DNA of 64,000 bases. It comes from an uncultured Nitrososphaerota archaeon (lineage in GTDB: Archaea; Thermoproteota; Nitrososphaeria; Nitrososphaerales; CADDZS01). The first letter of the stretch is position 1. Each line of letters starts with the position of its first letter. The position numbers and the translations under genes are program-made. Shown piece by piece: positions 10,436-21,263 of the stretch. The stretch is taken from contig CAWCYI010000004.1 in NCBI GenBank assembly GCA_963799845.1, forward strand, positions 416,001 through 480,000. The letters are read 5' to 3'. The notes under the pieces are model-generated. The model saw only the letters and a program-made list of their open reading frames with translations, was not told the DNA's origin and ran no database searches.

Positions 10436-11620
10436 ATGAATTTCGATCTTACAGACGAGCAAGAACTGATCCTGGATGTTGCAGAGGAGACCTGCCATAA
10501 GATCAGGCCTGTTGAGGACCGTTTTTACCTTGAACGTCGTTTCAATGATCGAGTGCTCCCGATTTTCAAAGAGTCCCATCTACTGGGACTGCCGATCTCC
10601 AGAAATTATGGCGAGGGTCAGGGAGCCGATGCTCTGATGTACGCGCTGGTATTGGAGAGGATAGGCCAGGAAGGGACCGGAATCAGAACTTTTTTCTCGG
10701 GTCATATATCTCTCGGGCAGCTGACCCTCCAAAAATGGGGGAATGAGGAACAGAAACAGCGCTATCTCCCAAGGACGACGACGGGGGAACTTGTCATGGC
10801 ATTCGGCCTAACTGAACCAACAGCCGGCTCAGATCCCGCGTCGATGAAAACAAACTTTGAAGATCGCGAGGGCAGTTATTACCTCAACGGGCAGAAAGCC
10901 TGGATCTCTAACGGCTCGATTGCTGATCTCATCGTTGTCTTTGGTTACCCAAAGGGGAAATCGGAGGGGATGTGTGCCTTCCTAGTCGAGACTGACAGCG
11001 AAGGGTTCTCTGCCGAACCGATCAAAAACAAGTTAGGGCTTCCAACATCTGATACTGGACTGCTATATTTCACGAATTGCAAGGTGTCAAAGGAGAATCT
11101 GCTCGGCCCTCCCGGAAAAGGTCTGAGCATCGCATACACCGCGCTGATGAGCGGAAGACTCTCAGTTGCAGCTGGAAGCGTGGGCATAATACAGGACTGC
11201 CTAAATGAAGCAGTGAGGTATGCCCGCGAGAGAGTACAACACAAGAAAAAAATCGGAAAGCACCAGCTTGTTCAAAGGGAGATAGCGAAGATCTCGCTTG
11301 ATCTTGAGACATCAAGGATGATTATGTACAAGGCAGCTACCATGAAAGTAAAATCAGATGAGTCCCCGGAAAATTATGAGCTTCGGTCGGAGGCAGACTG
11401 GTGGATCGCGCAGGCTAAGTATTTTGCAGCGAATGCTTCATTCAATGCCGCCGACCGGGCGGTTCAGGTCTTCGGGGCGAACGGTTTTTCATTCGAGAAC
11501 AGGCCGGCTCGGCACTTGGTTGATACGAGGGCATGCAGAATATACGAGGGAACGGATCAGATTCTCGAGCAAAAGATCGCAATCAAGTTGCTAGGGCCGG
11601 AGTACGAAGCCTTCTCGTAA
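10436..11620 (+). CDS. acyl-CoA dehydrogenase
   Basis: FGLTEPTAGSD, NGQKAWISNG and IYEGTDQI (catalytic Glu). Confidence 0.93.
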   Translation: MNFDLTDEQELILDVAEETCHKIRPVEDRFYLERRFNDRVLPIFKESHLLGLPISRNYGEGQGADALMYALVLERIGQEGTGIRTFFSGHISLGQLTLQKWGNEEQKQRYLPRTTTGELVMAFGLTEPTAGSDPASMKTNFEDREGSYYLNGQKAWISNGSIADLIVVFGYPKGKSEGMCAFLVETDSEGFSAEPIKNKLGLPTSDTGLLYFTNCKVSKENLLGPPGKGLSIAYTALMSGRLSVAAGSVGIIQDCLNEAVRYARERVQHKKKIGKHQLVQREIAKISLDLETSRMIMYKAATMKVKSDESPENYELRSEADWWIAQAKYFAANASFNAADRAVQVFGANGFSFENRPARHLVDTRACRIYEGTDQILEQKIAIKLLGPEYEAFS

Positions 11621-11699
11621 ATACAGCCTGTCGCAACAATTGTGAAATAGATTAGGCTTGAAAAGATTCGCGATTTCGAAGACTATTCACGGATCGTAA

Positions 11700-12503
11700 T
11701 TGGTGTATCAAATTTTGCCAGAGATTATTGTCTGCTTCAAGCACGTAATCGACGAGACAGAGCTCCGGATTGACAGGACGAATAATAAGATCAATTTCGA
11801 GGGTGCGAAAACAAAGATCAGTGACGATGACAAGAACGCGATCGAGGAAGCCGTCCGTATCAAGGAAAAAAACGGCGGGAGCATCACGGCGTTGTGCGTC
11901 AGCGGCCCCGACGCGAAAAAGAGCGTGAAGGAAGCCCTCGCCATGGGATGCGATCGGGCTAGACTCATGGTTGATCCTGCGTTCCAGGATGGAGATGCAC
12001 TGACTACGGCTTACATTCTGTCGCAAGCTGTCAAGAAAGTCGGAAAATTTGATATTGTGATTACTTCGACTGGGACAACGGATTCGTACACAGGCATAGT
12101 CGGACCCGCGCTCGCTGAATACCTGGATCTTCCGCAGATGACGTTTGCCTCGAAAATTACGCTGTCGGGGAGCAAGATAATGGTCGACCGCCTGCTCGAA
12201 GACGGCGTTGAAACGGTCGAGTCAGAGCTTCCAGTCTTGGTTACGGTGTCCCGGGAGATAAACCAGCCCCGATTCCCCACTCTGCTGCAAATAATGGGCG
12301 CGGGTAAGAAGGAGCTTCTGGAGTGGAATGCCTCGACACTGGGAATAGACACTTCTCTTGTCGGCAGGGCCGGATCAAAGGTCGAGGTAAGGTCTCTGAA
12401 TGTTCCTAAATCATCGAGGAAAAGAGTTCTCTTTGAGGGCAAGCCGGAGGAGAGCGCAAAGCAGCTTGCGGAAGCACTTGTAAAGGAAGGGGTCGTCAAG
12501 TAG
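11700..12503 (+). CDS. etfB: electron transfer flavoprotein beta subunit
   Basis: IIVCFKHV, AIEEAVRIKE, EALAMGCDRA and EINQPRFP. Confidence 0.93.
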   Translation: MVYQILPEIIVCFKHVIDETELRIDRTNNKINFEGAKTKISDDDKNAIEEAVRIKEKNGGSITALCVSGPDAKKSVKEALAMGCDRARLMVDPAFQDGDALTTAYILSQAVKKVGKFDIVITSTGTTDSYTGIVGPALAEYLDLPQMTFASKITLSGSKIMVDRLLEDGVETVESELPVLVTVSREINQPRFPTLLQIMGAGKKELLEWNASTLGIDTSLVGRAGSKVEVRSLNVPKSSRKRVLFEGKPEESAKQLAEALVKEGVVK

Positions 12504-13453
12504 ATGACGAACATTCTTGCGTTCTCCGATTCTTCAGACACCGCGTTAGAGTTGGTTACTCTCGCGGTAAAGTTAGGCGGTCAGCTGTCTATCGCCGTTC
12601 TCGGCTCCGGCGATCTATCGGCTCAATCGAAGAAACTTTCTGTCCAGGGAGTCTCCACTATCTATGAAGTATTACACGAATCTCTCGGCAATCTTTTGGC
12701 CGGGCCATGTACCGATGCGCTGGAGTCGGTTTGCAAGAAGATCAATCCGGACCTGGTCTTGATTGGGGCGACGAAGAAGGGAAAGAGCTTGCTCCCCGGC
12801 TGGCCGCAAGACTCAAGATCGGCTGCATTTCAGATGCGATGAAATTATCTCAGGAGCGAAGCAGCTTTGTTGCAGATAGACTGGTCTGGGGAGGAAACGC
12901 CATCGCGACCGTTGTCTCAAAGGGGGCCACTATCGTCACGATCCCCCTGCGAGCCAATGAGCGTGAAACGACTGCTTCCAATCCAGAAATCATCAAGGTT
13001 TCGGACTTTCAACCAAAGCCAAATAGGGCAAGCGTGGTCGGCAGAAAAGAGAAACCGAAGGGACAGGTGAACATCAAGGATGCGGAAATTGTCGTCTCGG
13101 CTGGGAGAGGTTTCAAAAAGAAGGAAGACCTGTCAATTCTCGACGACCTTGCCAAAGTGATCAACGCAGTTGTCGGAGCTTCGCGGCCTCTGACATCCGA
13201 CCTCGGGTGGGTACCGGAAGATCGTCAGGTCGGCCTTTCCGGCACTACCGTAAAACCGAAACTGTACATCGCAGTTGGAATCTCGGGTCAGATCCAGCAC
13301 CTCACAGGCATGAGGGAATCAAAGATTATAGTCGCTATCAATACAGACAAGAACGCGCCAATCTTTCAGGAATGCGATTACGGCATAGTGGGCGATCTCT
13401 ACCAGGTGGTGCCCGATCTAACGAAGGATTTCAAAGCTCTTCTCGGTCGATGA
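12504..13453 (+). CDS. etfA: electron transfer flavoprotein alpha subunit, frameshift near 12783
   Basis: VVSAGRG, GASRP, QVGLSGTTVKPKLYIAVGISGQIQH and AINTDKNAPIF; restoring one A in GGAAAGAG joins the two ORFs. Confidence 0.92.
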
Positions 13454-13511
13454 CTGGATCCAGCGATAAGTAAAAATCCGGTTTTCCCAGTCGCATCCAA
13501 ATAATTCGATT

Positions 13512-15620
13512 TTGAACGCTCTGCCCGCCCCCCTGCCTTTCTTCGACACCTGCGTCCAGACCGAAGTCTGCCGTCTAAAGTATCCGCTTCTCCCGGCCGA
13601 TACGCCAGACTATCTTTACAGCGCATTTGCAATCTTTCTGGTCATTTTCTTTTACGGCGTCTACAGAAAATATTCCATTTATGGAATCGGCTGGAAAGAT
13701 GTTTCTCAGAACTTACCAAAACTCGTGACAAACGGTAGAAGGATAATCGTAGATGGTTTCGGTCAAAAAAAGATCCTGCAGCGGAGATATGGTGGCGTGG
13801 AACATTCGTGGATGTTTTACGGAATTACGGCCCTGACGATCGGAACAATACTTGTCGGCATCGATTACGATCTTCTCAGACCGATGGGGATAGTTCTACT
13901 CCAAGGTGATTTCTATCTGGGTTTCAAGACAGCCCTCGATCTCTTCGGCCTAGGCTTTGTGATAGCGATAGTTCTCGCGCTGGCTAGGCGGCTGTCTTTC
14001 AAGCCCTTCTTCATGGGCGAGGACAAGGCTGACCGTTTTCTCCTTGTGGGTCTGCTCTACATGGGCGTCTCGGGTTTTGTGCAGGAAGGGCTTCTGCTTG
14101 CAATGATTCCGGTCCCGTGGGCTTACTTTTCTCCCGTTGGTTGGATTTTTCAGAAGCTGTTCATCGCTCTAGGCGCGGGAGTTTCGGCTTCGACTTACCA
14201 GAGCTGGGTCGGTACTTACCAGACGCTCTGGTGGATTCACGCCCTTGTCGCCTTTGCACTGATCGCCTCAATCCCCTTCACCAAATTTTTCCACGTCCCG
14301 AACGCGCTGATCAACATGATGCTCACGGACGAGGAGCGGCCTCTGGGAAGGATGAACTCCCCGTTCAACCTAGCGGAGATAATGAAACAGCAGGAGTCAA
14401 ACCCCGACTATATGCCCGACCTGACCATCGGTCTCAAAACCAGTGACGATCTCAAATGGAACCAGAGGGTGATGCTTGATGCCTGCACTAACTGCGGAAG
14501 GTGCGAGGCGGCCTGTCCAGCCAACGCTGCCGGGAGAGATCTCTCCCCGAGGCTCGTGGTTCAGGATCTGAAAAACAGGTACTACAAAGATGAGAAAGGG
14601 ACTCCAGGAGTACAGAAGGATCTTTTCGCGAGCGGAACCATTCGGGACGCCGAGATGTATTCCTGCGTGACGTGCCTTGCGTGCGTTTACGAATGCCCCG
14701 TTGAGATAAATCAGGTTGATTTTATCGGAGATCTCAGGAGAACGATTGTCTCGTCGAACAGACTCGAACCCGCGCAGAATACCCTTCTTTCAAATCTTGC
14801 CTCGCACCAAAATCCCTACGGCCTGAGCAACTCCACGAGGTCTAATTGGACTTCAGGGGTACCTTTGGAAATCAAAACGATCGCCGAAAATCCGAACGCG
14901 GAATATCTCTACTGGGTAGGATGCGTCTGCTCATTCGATCAGAGAGCCCAGAATATTGCTAGATCTCTCGCCAAAATCATGAACGCGGCGGGAGTATCGT
15001 TTGCGATACTCGGAAACGATGAAATGTGCAACGGCGATCCCGCGAGGAGACTGGGAGAAGAGGGAAGGTTCCAGGAACTCGCCCTGCAGAACATTGACAG
15101 ACTCAACGGGTCGAATACGAAGAAAATCATCACGAGCTGTCCCCACTGCTTCAACACGATAAAGAACGAGTATCCGACCTTCGGCGGAAAATACGAAGTG
15201 GTCCATCACACCCAGTTGATTTCTGATCTTATCGCGGCGGGAAAACTCAAAGTTTCCTCTGGTAAGCTCAAGGACATTTCCGTGACTCTCCACGATGCCT
15301 GCTACGCGGTTCGGTACAACAGCATTTTCGAGGAACCCAGACGCATTCTCAAATCTGCGAAAGTCGATTTGAGGGAGATGCATAGGTGCAAGGACAAGAC
15401 TTTCTGCTGCGGAGCGGGCGGCTCAAATTACTGGTACAAGGTCCCGCAGAAACAAACGATCACAAGCATCCGGACTGAAGAGGCGGCTCAGACCGGCGCG
15501 AAAACTCTCGCGACTGAATGTCCGTTCTGTCTTTCGATGTTTGAAGATTCGACCAAGGTCACCGGTACTAAACTTGACGTGAGGGATGTGGCGGAGCTCA
15601 TCGCGGAAGAGCTGCCCTAA
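13512..15620 (+). CDS. fadF: FadF-like membrane Fe-S oxidoreductase (NarI-like TM domain, 2x[4Fe-4S], 2 CCG domains); probable ETF:quinone oxidoreductase
   Basis: N-terminal TM helices with His (WWIH, KFFH); CTNCGRCEAACP, CVTCLACVYECP, CPHC, HDAC, FCCGAGG and CPFC; follows etfAB. Confidence 0.85.
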   Translation: MNALPAPLPFFDTCVQTEVCRLKYPLLPADTPDYLYSAFAIFLVIFFYGVYRKYSIYGIGWKDVSQNLPKLVTNGRRIIVDGFGQKKILQRRYGGVEHSWMFYGITALTIGTILVGIDYDLLRPMGIVLLQGDFYLGFKTALDLFGLGFVIAIVLALARRLSFKPFFMGEDKADRFLLVGLLYMGVSGFVQEGLLLAMIPVPWAYFSPVGWIFQKLFIALGAGVSASTYQSWVGTYQTLWWIHALVAFALIASIPFTKFFHVPNALINMMLTDEERPLGRMNSPFNLAEIMKQQESNPDYMPDLTIGLKTSDDLKWNQRVMLDACTNCGRCEAACPANAAGRDLSPRLVVQDLKNRYYKDEKGTPGVQKDLFASGTIRDAEMYSCVTCLACVYECPVEINQVDFIGDLRRTIVSSNRLEPAQNTLLSNLASHQNPYGLSNSTRSNWTSGVPLEIKTIAENPNAEYLYWVGCVCSFDQRAQNIARSLAKIMNAAGVSFAILGNDEMCNGDPARRLGEEGRFQELALQNIDRLNGSNTKKIITSCPHCFNTIKNEYPTFGGKYEVVHHTQLISDLIAAGKLKVSSGKLKDISVTLHDACYAVRYNSIFEEPRRILKSAKVDLREMHRCKDKTFCCGAGGSNYWYKVPQKQTITSIRTEEAAQTGAKTLATECPFCLSMFEDSTKVTGTKLDVRDVAELIAEELP

Positions 15621-16084
15621 CACGTTAAGGCATCTTGGATGATCGGAATACCCGTCAACGCCTGTTCCTGCGGCGGGAATGCCCCTATCGAGTAAGTAAC
15701 GCTGGCCGACAATACATCACCGGTGTCGAAGAAAGAGGGTAGGGGGACGGTGATCGTTTCGAACGTGGAATTTGTGGCCAGATATTCGGCCAGTGCCGTT
15801 TGATTCAGCGGAAGATCCGCCCTCTTCTCCTGACCGGTGTCAAATACGATAACGGACCGGAAACTCATTGATGTCCTGTCGCCGATCACGTTGATCTCCA
15901 ACCACTCGCTGAAATTGTTTAGTATGGTACCGCACTGAATGGACTTTGGAGTTTCGACCGCACTAGCCGTGAAGGAGTAGACCTGATCAGAGTCCTGGCT
16001 CGTCCTTACCAGAAGGCCCAGCGCCGTACCCGGAGCCAGCGAGCCCACGACGACGGCGATTGCAAGAATCATGACCGATTTCAA
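15617..16084 (-). CDS. hypothetical exported/membrane-anchored protein
   Basis: N-terminal hydrophobic signal; fills the gap between neighbouring genes. Confidence 0.6.
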   Translation of the reverse strand: MKSVMILAIAVVVGSLAPGTALGLLVRTSQDSDQVYSFTASAVETPKSIQCGTILNNFSEWLEINVIGDRTSMSFRSVIVFDTGQEKRADLPLNQTALAEYLATNSTFETITVPLPSFFDTGDVLSASVTYSIGAFPPQEQALTGIPIIQDALTC

Positions 16085-16135
16085 AAATCGCTAAACAAAA
16101 AGCTCGGAGACACCCGCGTATAAAGACTGCCACTT

Positions 16136-17323
16136 TCATTCTTGGCCCAGCGCGAAGTTTGAAATTACTATCTTCATGATCTCGGAAGTTCCCTCGCCAA
16201 TCGTCATCAATTTGGCATCCCTCCAGTGACGATGAATGTCTGCTTCATCGGTGTAACCGTATCCTCCGTGAATCTGGATCGCCTCGTTGCAAGCGTTGAG
16301 AGCCATTTCGGTCGCAAAAAGCTTTGCTTCGCACGCTTCCACCGAAAAATCCTCCTTCAAATTCTTCCTGTAGCCCGCATAGTACGTGGAGAGTCGGGAG
16401 GCATCGATTTGCGTCTTCATATCCGCAATCTTTGATCTGGTGATTTCAAAATCCGCGAGAGTATGGCCGAACGCCTTCCGCTCCTTCGAATAAGCTATTG
16501 ATTTTTCTAGGGCGATCTGGGCTATACCCACGCTGAGCGCCGCGATCGTAATTCGACCGGCGAGGAGCATTTTCTTGGCGTATTCGAAACCGTCTCCGTC
16601 CTTTCCGATCAGGTTTTCTTCGGGCACGGTCACGTCGTCAAAGTTCATCCCCGTCAGAGTCGAGCCGCGCAGCCCCATCTTTGGAATGTTCGCTCCGCAG
16701 GAAAAACCGGCGGCATCTTTAGGAACCATTATCGAAGCGTGGCCCGTCGCAGTTTTCGCAAAAACAAAATAGTAATCCGCTTTGCCAGAATTTGTGATGT
16801 ACATTTTAGAACCGTTGATGTGCCACTCTCCGTCCCGAAGTTCGGCGGTCGTCGTCATTGCTCTCGCATCACTGCCAGCTCCTGGTTCAGTGAGCGCAAA
16901 TGCCGCGATCTTCTTCCCGGTTATCAGTGGTCTGAGATATTTTTCATGCTGGTCCGAATTTCCAAATCGGAAGAGGCCATCGCAAACGGTGCCGTGAATT
17001 GCAAGTGAGATCGCTGTGCTTGCGCATGCCTTCGCGACCAGCTCCATGCAGGCGACGTACAGTGGGTACGGCAGTCCGAGTCCTCCGAGCGACTCCGGAT
17101 AAGGAATGTTCGTGAACCCCTGTGCGAATATTTTGCCCATATTTTCACCAGGAAAAGTTCCGTTCTTGTCAATCTGTTTGGCGGTCGGAAGGATCTCTTT
17201 TTCGACAAACCCCCCAAAGGATTCGAGGATGTTTGAGTAATCGTAGTAATTGTCAGGATACATCATCTGAATGATGTTCTTTTGCTCTGGAATAACGAAT
17301 GCCGTAATGATCAAGCCTTGCAA
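16136..17323 (-). CDS. acyl-CoA dehydrogenase (start probably about 17266)
   Basis: FALTEPGAGSD, NGSKMYITN, QIHGGYGY and IGEGTSEI. Confidence 0.93.
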   Translation of the reverse strand: MQGLIITAFVIPEQKNIIQMMYPDNYYDYSNILESFGGFVEKEILPTAKQIDKNGTFPGENMGKIFAQGFTNIPYPESLGGLGLPYPLYVACMELVAKACASTAISLAIHGTVCDGLFRFGNSDQHEKYLRPLITGKKIAAFALTEPGAGSDARAMTTTAELRDGEWHINGSKMYITNSGKADYYFVFAKTATGHASIMVPKDAAGFSCGANIPKMGLRGSTLTGMNFDDVTVPEENLIGKDGDGFEYAKKMLLAGRITIAALSVGIAQIALEKSIAYSKERKAFGHTLADFEITRSKIADMKTQIDASRLSTYYAGYRKNLKEDFSVEACEAKLFATEMALNACNEAIQIHGGYGYTDEADIHRHWRDAKLMTIGEGTSEIMKIVISNFALGQE

Positions 17324-17381
17324 GAATAGAAAGGAATTGGATAGAAATCATTTCTGCCCAAGGGTTAACGAACCTCTTGAA

Positions 17382-18788
17382 TCACGGCCGATGAACCGAT
17401 CCCCATATCCTTTCTCCGACTTCAAGCAACCTAAAGTCGTCAAGGGGCTCCCCCGAGATCTGGAACCCGGTCGGCAGCGAAGAAGAATCTAATCTGTTTG
17501 AGGGTATGCTAAGCGATGGGAATCCGCAGAGATTGAACGGCTCTGTATTCCTCACGAGCTGCTTTCGAATGCTTCCCGCTTCCTTTCCCATGACATCTTC
17601 CAACTTCGGGGCGGTAGTAAGACAGGTCGGCATTGCGATGAAATCGACTTTGCGGAAAATCCTAGAGATACTAGCGATAAAGGAAAGCCTCTCCTTCGAG
17701 GAAACAAAGAATTCCATCATGCCCGTTTTTGAGCCCGCATCAAAGAAACTCATTACGTCCTTTGCGACGAGCTTCCTCTTTTCCGGATTTGCAACGAGAT
17801 CTTGATAGAACCAGGATGCTTCTTTGACTTGAATCGTTCTCCTAGTCCTCGATATTTTTTCGCTACCTTGGATTTTCAGATCCTCCACCACGATGAAGTC
17901 GGCCACTCTCAGTTTATCGATTACGCGCCAGAATGCCTTTTCTACCGCGGGAACGCAATCCTCAAAAAAATAATTTTCCGGGATTCCGATTTTTGTTTTT
18001 GAGCTCGAGGAGATCTTGGATCTTTTCAGGTACCCACCATTGTTTCCAGAGATAGCCCTGAAAGCATAGCTCATGTCGGACATATTCTTTGTCAATATTC
18101 CCACATGATCAAGCGTAGCGCTCAGCGGAAATATTCCTGACATGCTGATTGTGCCGATTGTCGGCTTGAAGCCGCAAACTCCGCACAGGGCGGCAGGAAC
18201 CCTCACAGAGCCGCCTGTGTCTGTTCCCAAACTCACTATTGGGTAGCTCGACATCGCGACCGAGACTGCCGAACCACCACTCGAGCCCCCGGAGATCCGT
18301 GAAGGATCTACTGGGTTTCGCACGGGTCCGAAGAAAGAACTCGATGAGGTCGCGCCCATTGCAAGTTCATGCAGATTTGTCTTTCCCAGAGGCATGCACC
18401 CTTTTGACAAAAAAGAATCAACTACTTCGGCATTGACGGCGGGAACAAACTGCTGAAAGGCTTGTGAGCCCGCAGTGGTCCTGTTCCTCGCAACGAAAAT
18501 ATTGTCCTTTATTGTCAAAGGGACGCCGTACAGTGAAAAGTCCTTTCGGGCAGCCGTTTGCTGTCCAAAATCCTTCTTGCTTTGGAATTTCTTGGTACCG
18601 TCTTGCTCTCCAATTTGCGAAATCGACCTGGCCGAGTCTTCGTCAAAAATCGTGATGAACGCGTTGAGTCGAGCGTTATACTCGGTTGCGTTTCGGAGTT
18701 CATCTTTGAAAACTTGAGCCGCGTCAATTTTTCTGGAGTCTATTTCTTCCTGAAATTGTATGATGTTTTTGATTCTACTTAGGAGCAT
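17382..18788 (-). CDS. amidase signature family enzyme
   Basis: LTIKDN, GKTNLHE, GGSSGGSA and GTDTGGSVRVPA. Confidence 0.9.
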   Translation of the reverse strand: MLLSRIKNIIQFQEEIDSRKIDAAQVFKDELRNATEYNARLNAFITIFDEDSARSISQIGEQDGTKKFQSKKDFGQQTAARKDFSLYGVPLTIKDNIFVARNRTTAGSQAFQQFVPAVNAEVVDSFLSKGCMPLGKTNLHELAMGATSSSSFFGPVRNPVDPSRISGGSSGGSAVSVAMSSYPIVSLGTDTGGSVRVPAALCGVCGFKPTIGTISMSGIFPLSATLDHVGILTKNMSDMSYAFRAISGNNGGYLKRSKISSSSKTKIGIPENYFFEDCVPAVEKAFWRVIDKLRVADFIVVEDLKIQGSEKISRTRRTIQVKEASWFYQDLVANPEKRKLVAKDVMSFFDAGSKTGMMEFFVSSKERLSFIASISRIFRKVDFIAMPTCLTTAPKLEDVMGKEAGSIRKQLVRNTEPFNLCGFPSLSIPSNRLDSSSLPTGFQISGEPLDDFRLLEVGERIWGSVHRP

Positions 18789-18900
18789 GTTGCTTGACTC
18801 CTCAAAGAGGTACCTCCATCTTTAAGCAGTGATGGGACAGTCGTGGCAAAATTTCAGGATTCACTGATAACTCTGATCGAAAAAATATACATAATCTTAA

Positions 18901-20082
18901 ATGAACACCTCAGAGCTTTCCGTTCTGACTAAGTTGCCCGGCAGGGATGTAGCTATTGTCGGCATTGGCGCTTCGAAGTTTGATTCTACTACTATAGGCC
19001 AGTCGTACAAGGAACTTACTTTCGATGCGGCAAAAAAAGCGTATGCCGATTCGGGGATCGATGTCCGTGACGACGTTGGATCGTTCATCTGCTGCGCTGA
19101 GGATTTCTGGGAGGGTAATAGCATCAGTGATGAATACGCGCCTGATCAACTGGGCGCAAAACTTCGACCCCTGTTTACCGTTTCAGGCGACGGCCTTCTG
19201 GGTCTTGCCCACGCATACATGCACATCATGGCCGGAGTTTCTGACGTCGTCGTTGTCGAAGCGCACAGCAAACTTTCCGACGTCGAAAGCAAAGATCTAA
19301 TCGAGGACCTGGGCTTCGATCCGACTTTTGCCCGAATTCCCGGGGTTGATTCAAAGTACCTGGCGGGACTCGAAATGAGGCGATATCTCGAAGAATCTGG
19401 AAGTACTGTTGAAGACTGCGCTGCCGTCGTCGTCAAAAACTCCTCTAACGCCCTAAAAAACCAGCTGGCTACATACGGAGGCAATCTTTCTTTGGAGGAT
19501 GTTTTGGAAAGTAAAGAGATTGCCTCGCCGTTGAAGAAATTGGATGTCAGTCAGCCTTCGGACGGCTCGGTCGTGATTGTTGTTACTTCTGCAACCAAGG
19601 CAAAGCGGCTTTCCGACAAGCCAGTCTGGATTTCGGGAATCTCATGGTTTTCAGATACGCCCAACGTTGAGGAGATGGATCTTGGACAGGCAGTTTATGC
19701 TTCGAATTCTTCAAAGAAGGCCTTTGAGATGGCGAGGATCACAAGGCCAACTGAGCAGCTCGATTTTGCTGAAGTGGACGACGCTTACTCGTTCAAAGAG
19801 TTGGAGCACATCGAAGCGATCGGGTTAGCAAAGAGAGCGGGCAAGTATGTCTCTAGTGGAAAGGCTGATCTGGACGGCGTCCTGCCCGTGAATCCCTCGG
19901 GAGGATCAATTGGCATGGGCTACTTTGTCGAGGCGAGTGGTCTAGTTAGGGCATACGAATCAGTCCTCCAGTTGAGGGGCGACGCGGGATCTGCCCAGCT
20001 AGCAAAGGCTACAAAGTGCGTCGTGCAATCGTGGAGAGGAATTCCAACCCAGTCGGGCGTAACGGCTGTCTTGCAAAGGTGA
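18901..20082 (+). CDS. thiolase-fold (SCP2-type) protein lacking catalytic Cys/His, Ltp4-like
   Basis: VAIVGIG, SDGSVV, FAEVDDAYS and VNPSGG are present; no ACASG and no GHP motif. Confidence 0.8.
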   Translation: MNTSELSVLTKLPGRDVAIVGIGASKFDSTTIGQSYKELTFDAAKKAYADSGIDVRDDVGSFICCAEDFWEGNSISDEYAPDQLGAKLRPLFTVSGDGLLGLAHAYMHIMAGVSDVVVVEAHSKLSDVESKDLIEDLGFDPTFARIPGVDSKYLAGLEMRRYLEESGSTVEDCAAVVVKNSSNALKNQLATYGGNLSLEDVLESKEIASPLKKLDVSQPSDGSVVIVVTSATKAKRLSDKPVWISGISWFSDTPNVEEMDLGQAVYASNSSKKAFEMARITRPTEQLDFAEVDDAYSFKELEHIEAIGLAKRAGKYVSSGKADLDGVLPVNPSGGSIGMGYFVEASGLVRAYESVLQLRGDAGSAQLAKATKCVVQSWRGIPTQSGVTAVLQR

Positions 20083-20092
20083 ATCGAAATAA

Positions 20093-21262
20093 TTGGCTGA
20101 GAAAAGAAAAGTCTGTGTAATCGGGGCCGGCTTGACGCTCTTCAGGAGGCGACTTCTCGAGACCGGTAAGGAGCTGTCTTTCGAGGCGGTCAGGATGGCT
20201 CTTGATTCGGCGGGTATCTCCAGGAAAGAGGTTGACTCGGTTGTACTTGGTTCGGCTCCGGACGCTTTCGACGGAGTCCACATGAAAGGAGAGTACCTTT
20301 CTGATGGTGCAGGAGCTTACCGGAGACAGTATTCGCGCGTCTTCGTTGGCGGAGCAACCGGAGTTTATACCCCGGTGTCAGCGTGGTGGCACGTTGCTTC
20401 CGGGCTTAGCGATGTTTGTATAGCTGTTGCCGAGGAAAAGATGTCTCCGCTACAGCCTCACCCGCAGTACGCCTTCTGGAGCATTTTTGACCACGACTAC
20501 GAGCGGCCTCTCGGCACAACTCTCCTCTGGATTTTCGCCCTCGAGATGCGGCGCTACATGAACGCCTACGGAATCAAGGAGGAGGAGATAGCGCAGGTCG
20601 CGGTCAAGAACAAGAAGAATGCGCTCGATCATCCGTGCGCGCAGTTGGCAGCCAACATTACCGTTGAAGACGTGATGAAATCCGAGCCGATGGTGTGGCC
20701 GGTCAAGAGGCTCGACGTCAGTCCACCGAGCGACGGCGCCGCCGCGGTTATCTTGTGCTCGGAAGAGTTTGCGAAAAAACTTACCAAAGATCCTGTCTAC
20801 GTGGCGGGTTGCGGCTGGAATATCGACAGCATGTACTGGACCGATAGGGACCTGTATTACCCGCAGTATCTAGAGAACGCGGGAAACATGGCGTACAAGA
20901 TGGCCGGGATAAAGAACCCCAGAGCTGAAATCGATTTTGCAGAGGTCTACGATCCCTTCGATTACAAGGAGTTGCATCACATGGAAGGCCTGCAGCTTGC
21001 AAAAAAGGGCGAGGCGCCTAAAATGACGACGGCCGGGATCACTCAGAGAGACGGGGAACTGCCGATCAATCCGTCGGGTGGACTCCTCGGAGTGGGAAAT
21101 CCGATCGCCGCGGCCGGTATGATGAAAGTTTGCGAACTGTATTTCCAGCTTACAAATCAGGCTGGGAAGCGTCAGGTGAAGAAGGAAATCCACACCGGGC
21201 TGGCACAGGCGTGGGGCGATCTGATGCAGTACAGCTCCGTTTTCATAATGAAGAGGCGATAG
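20093..21262 (+). CDS. thiolase-fold (SCP2-type) protein lacking nucleophilic Cys, Ltp3-like
   Basis: FVGGATG where the ACASG-type motif is expected; SDGAAA, FAEVYDPF and INPSGGLLGVGNP. Confidence 0.85.
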   Translation: MAEKRKVCVIGAGLTLFRRRLLETGKELSFEAVRMALDSAGISRKEVDSVVLGSAPDAFDGVHMKGEYLSDGAGAYRRQYSRVFVGGATGVYTPVSAWWHVASGLSDVCIAVAEEKMSPLQPHPQYAFWSIFDHDYERPLGTTLLWIFALEMRRYMNAYGIKEEEIAQVAVKNKKNALDHPCAQLAANITVEDVMKSEPMVWPVKRLDVSPPSDGAAAVILCSEEFAKKLTKDPVYVAGCGWNIDSMYWTDRDLYYPQYLENAGNMAYKMAGIKNPRAEIDFAEVYDPFDYKELHHMEGLQLAKKGEAPKMTTAGITQRDGELPINPSGGLLGVGNPIAAAGMMKVCELYFQLTNQAGKRQVKKEIHTGLAQAWGDLMQYSSVFIMKRR

Positions 21263-21263
21263 A

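Noticed and set aside
12770-12800. Programmed ribosomal frameshift in etfA (also considered for thiolase and fumC)
   Set aside because: No shared slippery heptamer or stimulatory structure; similar single-base breaks occur throughout the window
17382-18788. GatA of Glu-tRNA amidotransferase
   Set aside because: No gatB or gatC neighbours and no recognisable GatA-specific segments; a general amidase is more likely
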